A DNA stretch of 64,000 bases, taken from Clostridiales bacterium. Lineage in GTDB: Bacteria > Bacillota > Clostridia > Lachnospirales > Lachnospiraceae. This document shows, piece after piece, positions 17,898 through 27,706 of this stretch. Position 1 is the stretch's first letter, and each line of letters begins with the position of its first letter. The position numbers and the translations under genes were made by a program. The stretch spans positions 25,899 to 89,898 of the forward strand of contig JAAYNW010000032.1 of the NCBI GenBank assembly GCA_012520655.1, read 5' to 3'. Below the pieces are notes generated by a model, which worked only from the letters and a program-made list of their open reading frames with translations, was not told where the DNA came from and searched no databases.

Positions 17898-19376
17898 TTA
17901 AAAAATTACCCAATATGCCGTATCATCCTTGATAATCAATTGTTCGGAAGCATCGAAATAATCCCAGTTTTTACCCGCAAAATAAGTATTATAAATTTCC
18001 TCATCCATAGGAACCTTTTCAAAGTTCCTTCCGGTTACTACATTCATCAGCGTATTTGTCACTATTCCGAGAGCTCTTTCATTAATCTGATCGGTTTTAT
18101 AGTGTACTTCATCATAGCTTAATGCACAGTCTACATCATTAACCACTGCCAACTTTGTTATCTGTGTTTTTTCTTCTTCTTCATACTTAAGTATTTTCTC
18201 ATATACCATATTCGCATATAGTTTATCCAGATTATTGCTCAAGGTTCTATTGGCAACAATAACATTGCCGAATATTATCTGTATGAGCAGATATCCGCAC
18301 CCGATATAGCATACGAGCCTTTTAAGCTTTCCTTCCACACATGCGAGCGATACGAGTAAAAGCATACTTTGCACCGCATAAAATGTCCAAATAATTCTAG
18401 GAGGCATATATATACATTGCTGCAGTATCGGAATCACAAAAATCATCACATTCAATCCAAAAAATAAAAGTATAAAATACAAAACCGCCATTTTATCTTT
18501 TTTCTTAACAAAGTGATAAAGCAGCATACTTATGCAAAAAACACTGATTAATAATGGCAGCCCTACGTTCGGAAGCAGTCCTTTACTGTTTTTCAATAAA
18601 GCAATATATACATTTATTATCTCTCCGAGCTTTTCCGATAATATCCCTGTTCCCGCGCTTTTTCTCAACCCTCCGCCTACTCCCGCATAAGCAATCAGAG
18701 TATAGCTTATTATGTTTAATACACCGGCTCCAAAGGTAGAAAGGCAACACACTATTTCCTCTATTACAGTCTTTTGGGTTATCTTATAATCATTATCCAA
18801 AAAGATATATGCCGTCAAAACAATTGCCGCATATACAGCCGCGACTTGATATCCTGTTGTCGACAATAGGATAAAAGCAAATGCTTTGATTCTCTTTTTC
18901 CTGATAAAATAGTAGATTCCGACAGAAGCAAATAAATAAGCCATGCCAAAGACCAGTGCACATTCGGAAAACATTAAATTTTCTCCAAACATCACGTTGA
19001 CAAATAATAACGCAGTAATCGCCGTAAATCCTGCCGTGTGCATAGATGTTTTTGCTTGCATTTTATCAAAAAAACCTTCTTGTACAAAACAAAGACCCAG
19101 GGCAAGCAAAAGAAGTGCTGTTATTACGGTAACGCCTGTATGCGTAGTAGTGGATAATCCCAGTTTTAATAATATGAAATCTATCAAGGATGTCAGATAT
19201 CTTCCATCTTGTATTTGAATTAAAATATCATCTTCAGCAGCCACCATATGTATTAAAGTATCACAGTTAAAGCTTCTTCGGAACAAACCTCCCCACGCTA
19301 CCAGCAATATACTTAGATTTATAAAATATTGATTCATTTTCCCTTGCATTCTCATATACTCTTCCCTTTGTGTCAT
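17898..19376 (-). CDS. Polytopic GT-C glycosyltransferase, GtrII/Glucos_trans_II-like
   Basis: About 10-12 hydrophobic segments, an N-terminal loop with IQDGRYL, YQVAA and PPRI motifs, and a soluble C-terminal domain. Visibly AT-rich. Confidence 0.65.
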   Translation of the reverse strand: MTQREEYMRMQGKMNQYFINLSILLVAWGGLFRRSFNCDTLIHMVAAEDDILIQIQDGRYLTSLIDFILLKLGLSTTTHTGVTVITALLLLALGLCFVQEGFFDKMQAKTSMHTAGFTAITALLFVNVMFGENLMFSECALVFGMAYLFASVGIYYFIRKKRIKAFAFILLSTTGYQVAAVYAAIVLTAYIFLDNDYKITQKTVIEEIVCCLSTFGAGVLNIISYTLIAYAGVGGGLRKSAGTGILSEKLGEIINVYIALLKNSKGLLPNVGLPLLISVFCISMLLYHFVKKKDKMAVLYFILLFFGLNVMIFVIPILQQCIYMPPRIIWTFYAVQSMLLLVSLACVEGKLKRLVCYIGCGYLLIQIIFGNVIVANRTLSNNLDKLYANMVYEKILKYEEEEKTQITKLAVVNDVDCALSYDEVHYKTDQINERALGIVTNTLMNVVTGRNFEKVPMDEEIYNTYFAGKNWDYFDASEQLIIKDDTAYWVIF

Positions 19377-19474
19377 TTTAACTAAGTCGTATAATTGTAT
19401 ATTTCAAATATAGATATACATAATCTTTAATAAAGCCATGGAAATACGTATACCGTCTTCCCATGGCTTTCCGA

Positions 19475-22400
19475 TTATCTTGTAAAATAATGTACGCCCG
19501 ATTCGAATATCTTCATATCCTGCTCTCCGTAAATATTAACCGCAACGGAACGATCGCGGCGCTCTGCATGCGCCATCTTTCCAAAACACCTTCCGTCCGG
19601 CGATGTGATGCCTTCGATGGATGCATAGGAACCGTTTACATTCCATTCCTCATCCATAGAAACGTTACCGTTAATATCGGCATACTGTGTAGCAACCTGG
19701 CCATTTGCAAACAATTTATCCAGCCATTCCTCCGGTGCTACAAAACGTCCCTCACCATGAGATGCCGGATTCACATAAGTTTTCCCTACCTCTGCCTCCT
19801 GCAGCCACGGCGATTTATTGGATATGACTTTCATATATACCATCTTGGAAATATGACGGTTGATAGTATTGAAGGTAAGAGTCGGCGAATCCTCTTTCTG
19901 TCCTACAATCTCTCCGAAAGGAACCAGCCCCAACTTGATTAACGCCTGAAATCCATTGCAAATTCCGAGCGCAAGTCCATCTCTCTCATTTAGCAGTCTC
20001 ATAACCGCTTCCTTTATCTTTTCATTCTGGAATGCGGTAGCAAAGAATTTCGCGCTTCCGTCAGGTTCATCGCCTGCGGAAAATCCACCCGGAAACATGA
20101 TAATCTGTGCATGGTTAATCGCCTTTTCAAATACTTCAACAGAGTCTCTGATATCTTCTGCCGTTAGATTCCTGAATACCTTTGTCACTACTTTCGCACC
20201 GGCACGCTCAAATGCTTTCGTACTGTCATATTCGCAGTTTGTACCCGGAAATACCGGTATGAATACCGTAGGCTTCGCCACTTTATTTTTACATATATAA
20301 ATTCTGTCCGTTGTGTAAAGCGGAGATTCTACCGATGTCGTTTCCTTTGCCGCCTTCGTAGGGAACACCTTTTCCAACTTAGAAGTCCAAGCTTTCAGCG
20401 CCTCATCCATAGAAACAGAAACATCCTTATACGTAAACTCCGGATTCTTCGTCACTTCACCGACTATACGGCAGTTTGAGATCTCGCTTAATTTTTCCAG
20501 CTTATCCGCCTCTATTTCCGCAACGATATCTCCCAAACCATTCTCGAACAAATCATTAGCAGACAGCTCTTCCGACATTTTCACGCCTAATCTGTTACCG
20601 AACGCCATCTTGCTGATCGACAAAACGAGGCCTTTCGCATCCTGGGCATAAGCGGATACTATAACTCCCTCATCTATAAGCAATGTAATCTGATGGTACA
20701 GGTTCATAACATTCTCATAAACAGGAATATCATATTCATCCTTATCGATCCAGAACTGAACCAGTTTATTACCTTCACGCTTAAGCTCCGGCGTCACAAT
20801 ATTGTCCTCTTTTGCCACATCTACCGCAAAAGATACTAAGGTAGGCGGCACGTCGATATCCTGAAAAGTTCCCGACATACTGTCCTTACCGCCGATTGAC
20901 GCGAGGCCATATCCGATTTGCGCGTCATATGCGCCGAGAAGCGCTGCAAAAGGCTGGCTCCAACGCTCCGGCTCCGATGTCATGCGCCTAAAATATTCCT
21001 GGAAAGTGAAATGAATATTCTTATAATCTCCGCCTGCGGCCACGATTTTTGCCATAGATTCCGTTACCGCATAAATCGCTCCATGATACGGGCTCCATGA
21101 AGAAAGATACGGATCGAATCCGTAGCTCATAAGCGTTATCGCATCTGTTTTGCCTCTTAATACCGGAAGCTTTGCTGCCATCACTTGCGTCTCCGTCAAC
21201 TGATATTTACCGCCATAAGGCATAAGCACGGAAGCCGCCCCGATAGATGAGTCGAACATCTCCACAAGTCCCTTTTGGGAACATACATTCAAATCATTAA
21301 GTGCTGCAAGCCATGCCGCTTTCACATCACCCTTCTCAAGGTGCTCTTTCACCGACGGAATTGCTATGTATTCAAAATAATTCTTTTCTTTCTCAGGAAT
21401 ATCTACTTTTACGTTTGTTTCCTGATGCGCTCCGTTTGTATCCAGAAAAGCTCTCTTAATGTTGACGATTTCCTTGCCTCGCCACTTCAGAACAAGTCTC
21501 GGCTCTTTCGTCACAACTGCGACAGGCACTGCTTCCAAATTCTCTTCCGCCGCAAAACCTAAGAACTTATCTACATCGGAGGGAGCTACCACCACCGCCA
21601 TTCTTTCCTGTGACTCGGAAATGGCGAGTTCGGTACCGTCAAGCCCTGCATACTTCTTGGGTACCTTGTCTAAATTTACAACCAGTCCATCGGCTAACTC
21701 TCCGATTGCCACGGAGACGCCTCCCGCACCGAAATCATTACACTTCTTAATAATCTTACTTACTTCTTCTCTTCTGAAAAGCCTTTGAATCTTACGTTCC
21801 GTAGGCGCATTACCTTTTTGCACTTCTGCACCACAAGTCTCGATGGAATCCTCCGTATGAACCTTAGAAGAACCTGTGGCACCGCCGCAGCCGTCTCTTC
21901 CCGTCCTTCCTCCGAGGAGAATAATGATATCATCCGGATCGGAACTCTCACGAATGACATTACGTCTGGGTGCCGCTCCCATTACCGCGCCGATTTCCAT
22001 TCTCTTTGCTACATAATCCGGGTGATAAATTTCTTTTACATAACCGGTAGCAAGACCTATCTGATTACCATAAGAAGAATAGCCCCCGGCTGCGCCGCGT
22101 ACGAGCTTCTTCTGAGGCAACTTTCCTTTAAGCGTTTCCGCTACCGGAACCGTAGGATCTGCTGCACCCGTCACTCGCATTGCCTGATATACATAACCCC
22201 GCCCCGAAAGCGGATCACGGATGGCCCCGCCAAGGCAGGTAGCCGCACCGCCGAAAGGTTCTATCTCCGTCGGATGATTATGTGTTTCATTTTTAAAGAA
22301 TACGAGCCACTCTTCGCTCACTGGACCATCGTCATATTCTATTTCCACAGGTACAATAACGGAACATGCATTAATCTCATCGGATTCTTCCATATCGTTA

Positions 22401-23275
22401 AGCTTTCCGTCTTTTTTAAGCTTGCGCATCGCCATAAGCGCCAGATCCATCAAACAGATATATTTATCCTCTCTGCCCTTTAGAATCTCTTCCCTCGTAT
22501 CGAGATAACTCTGATATGTAGTTTCAATCGGTGTCTTATAATAACCCTCCCCAAACTCCACATTTTTAAGTTCCGTAGAAAATGTCGTATGACGACAGTG
22601 ATCGGACCAATAGGTATCGAGCACTTTAATCTCGGTCATAGTAGGTTCTCTGTGCTCATCGTTTCTATAATAATTCTGAATATGCTTAAAATCCTTGAAG
22701 GTCATGGCTAACCCCAAGGAATCATATAATTCTTCCAGTTTTTTCTCCGGCATATCCTTAAATCCGTCTAAAATGGATACATCATCCGGTTCCTCGAACT
22801 GCGTAACGAGAGTATCCGGCTTTACCATATCCGTCTCCCTCGAATCCACCGGGTTGATGCAATACGACTTTATTTTCTCAAATTCATCTTCCGAAACATC
22901 GCCTATTATCAGATAAGTAACTGCCGTTTTGATAATGGGCTGCTCATCCTCCCGTAAAAACTTCACACACTGAACTGCGGAATCCGCGCGCTGATCGAAC
23001 TGTCCGGGCAGATACTCTACGCTGAACACCTTCCCATTCGAAGGTATTTCAAAATTCTCTTTGTATAGAATGTCTACCGGAGGTTCTGAAAAAACAATCC
23101 TGCAGGCAGCTTCAAAAGTATCTTCTGACAGATTCTCCACATCGTAGCGTATAAACATTCTTACGTCCTTTACGCCCGATATGCCCAAGTAACTTCGGAC
23201 CTCCTCCTTCAGCTCTTTCGCTTTTACAGCAAAGGGTTCCTTCTTTTCTACATAAATGCGTTTCACATTTCCCAT
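19475..23275 (-). CDS. purL: Phosphoribosylformylglycinamidine synthase (fused large PurL with GATase domain)
   Basis: WSDHCRH, FKNETHNHPTEIEPFGGAATC, FPGTNCE, GICNGFQ and MAHAER. Start at 23275, or at 23296 as in the ORF track. Confidence 0.97.
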   Translation of the reverse strand: MGNVKRIYVEKKEPFAVKAKELKEEVRSYLGISGVKDVRMFIRYDVENLSEDTFEAACRIVFSEPPVDILYKENFEIPSNGKVFSVEYLPGQFDQRADSAVQCVKFLREDEQPIIKTAVTYLIIGDVSEDEFEKIKSYCINPVDSRETDMVKPDTLVTQFEEPDDVSILDGFKDMPEKKLEELYDSLGLAMTFKDFKHIQNYYRNDEHREPTMTEIKVLDTYWSDHCRHTTFSTELKNVEFGEGYYKTPIETTYQSYLDTREEILKGREDKYICLMDLALMAMRKLKKDGKLNDMEESDEINACSVIVPVEIEYDDGPVSEEWLVFFKNETHNHPTEIEPFGGAATCLGGAIRDPLSGRGYVYQAMRVTGAADPTVPVAETLKGKLPQKKLVRGAAGGYSSYGNQIGLATGYVKEIYHPDYVAKRMEIGAVMGAAPRRNVIRESSDPDDIIILLGGRTGRDGCGGATGSSKVHTEDSIETCGAEVQKGNAPTERKIQRLFRREEVSKIIKKCNDFGAGGVSVAIGELADGLVVNLDKVPKKYAGLDGTELAISESQERMAVVVAPSDVDKFLGFAAEENLEAVPVAVVTKEPRLVLKWRGKEIVNIKRAFLDTNGAHQETNVKVDIPEKEKNYFEYIAIPSVKEHLEKGDVKAAWLAALNDLNVCSQKGLVEMFDSSIGAASVLMPYGGKYQLTETQVMAAKLPVLRGKTDAITLMSYGFDPYLSSWSPYHGAIYAVTESMAKIVAAGGDYKNIHFTFQEYFRRMTSEPERWSQPFAALLGAYDAQIGYGLASIGGKDSMSGTFQDIDVPPTLVSFAVDVAKEDNIVTPELKREGNKLVQFWIDKDEYDIPVYENVMNLYHQITLLIDEGVIVSAYAQDAKGLVLSISKMAFGNRLGVKMSEELSANDLFENGLGDIVAEIEADKLEKLSEISNCRIVGEVTKNPEFTYKDVSVSMDEALKAWTSKLEKVFPTKAAKETTSVESPLYTTDRIYICKNKVAKPTVFIPVFPGTNCEYDSTKAFERAGAKVVTKVFRNLTAEDIRDSVEVFEKAINHAQIIMFPGGFSAGDEPDGSAKFFATAFQNEKIKEAVMRLLNERDGLALGICNGFQALIKLGLVPFGEIVGQKEDSPTLTFNTINRHISKMVYMKVISNKSPWLQEAEVGKTYVNPASHGEGRFVAPEEWLDKLFANGQVATQYADINGNVSMDEEWNVNGSYASIEGITSPDGRCFGKMAHAERRDRSVAVNIYGEQDMKIFESGVHYFTR

Positions 23276-23351
23276 GATGAATTTACTATCCTCCATTTTA
23301 TTAACATCAAAAAAGATTACCTGGCAATCTTCCGGTTGATGACTATCCTTA

Positions 23352-23379
23352 ATTATACCGAATCTTAACTAATTTTCAA
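23352..23379 (-). promoter_or_regulatory. purL promoter
   Basis: TTGAAA, 16 nt, TATAAT. Confidence 0.6.
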
Positions 23380-23479
23380 TGGTATATCCAAATATTTTCA
23401 GAAAAAGGACCTTTCCGCCTTTTCTTACGGCACAAAAAAATGCCCCAAAGTACCCGTCTTTGAAGCATTTGCTTTTATA

Positions 23480-24064
23480 CTATTCTTCTATAACCAAGCC
23501 CCGCATAATATACAGAACTTCCCTATCCACAACTTCCTCCGCAATCCCTCTTGTCTGGGAAGCTATTTTAAGTCCCTCCAACACATACATGATATTTCTG
23601 GCCGCGCCTAATGGGTCTTCACAATAGAATTCTCCGGCTTCCACTCCGGCTTCAATCAGTTTCTCAATAATTTTTACCGCCGCCTCAAACTGCTGCTTTA
23701 AAAAATGATTCTTTTTAGGAAACTTATTTACAAAAAAGAATTCATATACTGCCATTGTGAGATTGTCCTTCCTGCCGAGCAACTCCTTTTTCTGCTCTTT
23801 TAAAAATAAAGCAAGAATATCGGAAGGTGTGGCATTTTTCCCGATACTTCCCGAGAAAACATCGTCCGTCTCTTCCGTCTCCATCTTCAGTACTTCCATA
23901 AAAATCTCTTCCGTACTCGAAAAATATAAATAAAGGCCACCGCGGCTTATCTCACATGCTTCCACGATATCCTTCATCGTTACGCTTTTGAAGCCCTTTT
24001 TAATGAATACCTTTCTCGCCGTTTCCAATATATAAATTCGCTTCTGTGCCGACTTTTCACTCAT
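23480..24064 (-). CDS. TetR/AcrR family transcriptional regulator
   Basis: ARKVFIKKGFKSVTMKDIVEACEISRGGLYLYFSSTEEIF helix-turn-helix. Confidence 0.93.
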   Translation of the reverse strand: MSEKSAQKRIYILETARKVFIKKGFKSVTMKDIVEACEISRGGLYLYFSSTEEIFMEVLKMETEETDDVFSGSIGKNATPSDILALFLKEQKKELLGRKDNLTMAVYEFFFVNKFPKKNHFLKQQFEAAVKIIEKLIEAGVEAGEFYCEDPLGAARNIMYVLEGLKIASQTRGIAEEVVDREVLYIMRGLVIEE

Positions 24065-24563
24065 CTATATGAACCCCTTGCTCCATCCCCGCTGTGTTCT
24101 GCCCTATCGGTCTATCCCAATACTCAATTATTTCTTTCATCTTAAGCAATACTTTCAAAATGGAACCGTTGTAAACACCTTCTGTCCACACTTTTCCTTT
24201 CGTCATACCGCCTAAAATATATTTGGACAATATTCCTTTGAGCATGTCCATTTCACGTATAGTTGCCGCTGCTATCAGTCTCTGTTCATCCGCTTCACTT
24301 CTTATACGGTTTCTGGAATAAACATAGGCGTAATTCCTATCGAGCAGATTCGTTCTGCGCGCATCCTGCACCAGACTCATCAATGTACTGTCATACACCG
24401 GAAAAGACATAGAATGTTCTTCTATTCCTTCGCCTTTATACATATTGGACACACGAACCCCCACCTTCGATTCTAACCAGGGGATATATTTTATCAGTCT
24501 CTCCACATCCACCTTGAAGCCGTTCACAATTTCCTGTATGTAAAGTGTATCCTTTTCCACCAC
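24057..24563 (-). CDS. Hypothetical protein translationally coupled to the TetR gene
   Basis: 168-aa ORF with GTG start and AAGGGG SD; its end overlaps the tetR start. Confidence 0.75.
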   Translation of the reverse strand: MVEKDTLYIQEIVNGFKVDVERLIKYIPWLESKVGVRVSNMYKGEGIEEHSMSFPVYDSTLMSLVQDARRTNLLDRNYAYVYSRNRIRSEADEQRLIAAATIREMDMLKGILSKYILGGMTKGKVWTEGVYNGSILKVLLKMKEIIEYWDRPIGQNTAGMEQGVHIDE

Positions 24564-24735
24564 TTGTTCCCCCTTCGGTTCATCCTAAGTTCTTTTAAGT
24601 ATACCATAAAATGAAAAAAAGTACAGCAGCTCTTGTCAAAAAAGGTAATCTTCTGTTGTATTTCATAATTAAAATTAGTATAATATAGGCAATTTCATAA
24701 TTGATATAAGGAAAAATAACAGCAGGAGGGGAAAC

Positions 24736-27006
24736 ATGGCAAAAGAATTTAAAATGGGTACCACAATTTGCGAAAGTGGACAGCCATTCAACGCTTTGCA
24801 TACGATTTTGGCAGGAACGGTCCGCGCCGTATATTCGGACGGCGAATTTTTTCTAGATAAAGGGGATATTATCGGTCTATGTGAACTATACCACGACACA
24901 TATATCTTCACCTATATCGCTTCTGACGATGTCACGATAGCATCTATCCCTTATAGCTCGGGAAATCTTTCCGCTATGTTTGGCAAGAATCCGAGCTTTA
25001 CCCAACTCGTCACTTCTTCCTGTCACAAACAGATGAAAAATGTGCTGGAAGTATATGAGTTTTCCAAATACGACTGCAGCAATCTTTATCAATACTTGAC
25101 AGACAGCTATAATGAATATGTAAAGCTCAGCGAGCGCTATCGCATATCTCCAAGAGCCCTTCCCGATTTGGAAAGCATCGAACCGCTGACTCTGGAAGAG
25201 GATATTCCCCAATGGCTTACGGATTATTACGAAAATATGGCCGTAGTCTTGGCACAGACTCTTCCCTTATCTCCTGTTCCGTATGCCGATTATTTGAACG
25301 GACTTCTTATGAAGGCCAGCCAGGATATTGCGGAGATTATGTCCGTATGCCGTATTATGTACGACTATAAAGCAGATATTGCCAGACTTCTTATGAATGA
25401 GAACAGGCTGGATCTTTTCGATTTGTATACTACATTATTTTTCAGAATCGGCCAGAACGAGGAGGATTCTACCGCCATAGGAGCTGCTGTAAGCCGCATG
25501 ATGATTAATCTGGAAGGCTTCAGCTCTATCGACCATGATCTTTATAAAGAAAGAGTTGATTCATACAAGGAGACGCTCGCTTTTATGGAAGAACACGGTT
25601 CAGACACACCTATGGAGAATCCCGAACTTGCCAAACATGTCGCTGCTGCGGATCATTCTTTGGATATTATTTTGGAATATGCGGACTGCGACCCTGCTGT
25701 CGCTGCCGATTTCCGTCGTTATATTGAAGAATATAAGAAGCAGATTGACAAAAATGCCGTAGATGATGACAGCCGCAAGCTTCGTATGAAGATAACGAAA
25801 CTTTTCTATACTATATATACTGCCGCTTTTCAAGTCAGCCTCCACGACAAGTCCATACCCACCATACTGAAGATGTTCTTCTTATTCGGTTACGTGGATG
25901 AAGAATTAGCAGGTTTGGAAAATGTTTCTTATCTTTACTCTATCGCGGAGAATTTTCACTCCTCTCCCGAGAATCACGTGTATACCGCCTATGACTGGCT
26001 AAAAGCAGTCTATTACGGCGAAAAGGAACCGAGCCGCAATGAGTTTGATATCGATTATACCGCCCATATACACGAAATGAAGGTAACAGGCAAGATCACT
26101 GCCGCTCAGGAAGCTTTATTGGCGAAGAACAATGCGCGGAAGGTTATGTTCGAGCTGGAAAATATGTTCCCTCTCGTTAATAAAATAACCTTTGGCCGTA
26201 TCTCCACATTCTGTCCAGTATTTTCCGAGCACAATGTTTTAAAGGATTTATCCCAGACTCTCGTTACCCCGGACAAAATAATTGACTCGATCAACAAAAT
26301 CCGGGCTATCGATTTCGGTGCGTACGGACGGGAAACTATTTATTCCAATCCGGAGGCCGGTGTTGCGAAAGAGATGATAAACGTAGAAGTTCTTCCCGAT
26401 GTTATCTTATTCCCTAACGTTGGTGTCCGCGGTGTTATGTGGCAGGAAATCGAAGGGAAACGCCGTACCACTCCCGCGCGTTTTATGTCCTCAATCTTCC
26501 AGGTGGAAGATCTCCTTACAATTATGACCAGACTTACCGGCGAATTCCGTTGGGAAATGTGCAAACGTGTACAGGGGGCAAGGTGGAACGATATTTCCGA
26601 GCGTTCTCTTACGAGTGAATATTTCGATTATATACAGTTTAATAAAAAGAACCGTGAACTTACCTCCGAAGCGAGAGACCGGATTAAGTCGGCCATGCAG
26701 AAAGCAAAGAACAGCTACAAAGAAATGTTTATACGTGACTATGTTACATGGATTATGTACGAATCCGCCGGCGCACCCCGCTTGAATAAAGTGGCAAGGA
26801 ATATCCTCTTTACCTACTGTCCTTTTTCCAAAGATATACGTGAAAGGTTAAAAACGAATCCTTTATATACGGATATTTTAGATAGGTATAGGATACGAAA
26901 CGCTCAGAAGCTTCATCATATGGACAACCTGTATCAGAAGCTCCAAAAGGGCCGTTTGCCGATACCGCCTGAAATAGTGGCCCAGCGTGAATATCTCGAC
27001 TATTAA
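24736..27006 (+). CDS. 756-aa protein: N-terminal cNMP-binding-like domain plus large domain of unknown function
   Basis: N-terminal beta-roll pattern (F..G..I...G....L..I..G.V...GDIIG..EL). No HTH visible. GGAGGG SD; terminator hairpin at 27064-27099. Confidence 0.75.
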   Translation: MAKEFKMGTTICESGQPFNALHTILAGTVRAVYSDGEFFLDKGDIIGLCELYHDTYIFTYIASDDVTIASIPYSSGNLSAMFGKNPSFTQLVTSSCHKQMKNVLEVYEFSKYDCSNLYQYLTDSYNEYVKLSERYRISPRALPDLESIEPLTLEEDIPQWLTDYYENMAVVLAQTLPLSPVPYADYLNGLLMKASQDIAEIMSVCRIMYDYKADIARLLMNENRLDLFDLYTTLFFRIGQNEEDSTAIGAAVSRMMINLEGFSSIDHDLYKERVDSYKETLAFMEEHGSDTPMENPELAKHVAAADHSLDIILEYADCDPAVAADFRRYIEEYKKQIDKNAVDDDSRKLRMKITKLFYTIYTAAFQVSLHDKSIPTILKMFFLFGYVDEELAGLENVSYLYSIAENFHSSPENHVYTAYDWLKAVYYGEKEPSRNEFDIDYTAHIHEMKVTGKITAAQEALLAKNNARKVMFELENMFPLVNKITFGRISTFCPVFSEHNVLKDLSQTLVTPDKIIDSINKIRAIDFGAYGRETIYSNPEAGVAKEMINVEVLPDVILFPNVGVRGVMWQEIEGKRRTTPARFMSSIFQVEDLLTIMTRLTGEFRWEMCKRVQGARWNDISERSLTSEYFDYIQFNKKNRELTSEARDRIKSAMQKAKNSYKEMFIRDYVTWIMYESAGAPRLNKVARNILFTYCPFSKDIRERLKTNPLYTDILDRYRIRNAQKLHHMDNLYQKLQKGRLPIPPEIVAQREYLDY

Positions 27007-27063
27007 AAACTAATAATATATAAAATGGAAAATCATAAACAAAAATTAATTTTACAGAATAGG

Positions 27064-27099
27064 ATAAAAAGCGTATACTGCATAGTATATGCTTTTTAT
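27064..27099 (+). terminator. Terminator after the cNMP-like gene
   Basis: ATAAAAAGCGTATACT-GCAT-AGTATATGCTTTTTAT inverted repeat. Confidence 0.65.
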
Positions 27100-27140
27100 T
27101 TTACCGCCAGATACCATATATTCGGAAAAGGTGATTTTAT

Positions 27141-27671
27141 ATGAAATTCATTTTATTATTTATCAAGAAAACTTTGCGCCTTGTACTAAAGCCACTCTCG
27201 TTTGTGCCTGCACTGATTGTCATGTACATGATATTCCAGCTTTCTGCGCAGAACGGCGTTACGAGCGGTCAATTAAGTTATAAGGTCAGCGTTAAAATAG
27301 TCGTTACTGCCGATAAACTATTGGATAAAAATCTCTCAGATGAAAAAATTGCTCACTATGCGGATAAAATTCACTACTATGTCCGTAAGCTTGGTCACAT
27401 TACAGAGTATTTCATTTTGGCAGTATCCGTAGCTTTTCCCCTCTATGTGTACGGAATAAGGGGCTTAACACTCATGCTCGTCGCAGGTATATTCTGCGTC
27501 GGTTTTGCCGCTTTCGACGAATACCATCAATCCTTTGTCGCCGGCCGCGGCCCTTCCGCACGAGATGTTGCGATCGACAGCATCGGAATATTTACCGGCA
27601 TCATTCTCGTCCGCATAGTCGGTTGGACCGGAAGGAAGACTATTTTCCGTCCCCTTTCCAATCACAAATAA
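27141..27671 (+). CDS. VanZ family membrane protein
   Basis: IFQLSAQ, VRKLGHITEYFIL, DEYHQSFVAGRG and DVAIDSIG motifs. Confidence 0.9.
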   Translation: MKFILLFIKKTLRLVLKPLSFVPALIVMYMIFQLSAQNGVTSGQLSYKVSVKIVVTADKLLDKNLSDEKIAHYADKIHYYVRKLGHITEYFILAVSVAFPLYVYGIRGLTLMLVAGIFCVGFAAFDEYHQSFVAGRGPSARDVAIDSIGIFTGIILVRIVGWTGRKTIFRPLSNHK

Positions 27672-27706
27672 ACCGATTCTTGATAGACATCTCCTCCGTT
27701 GCGCCA

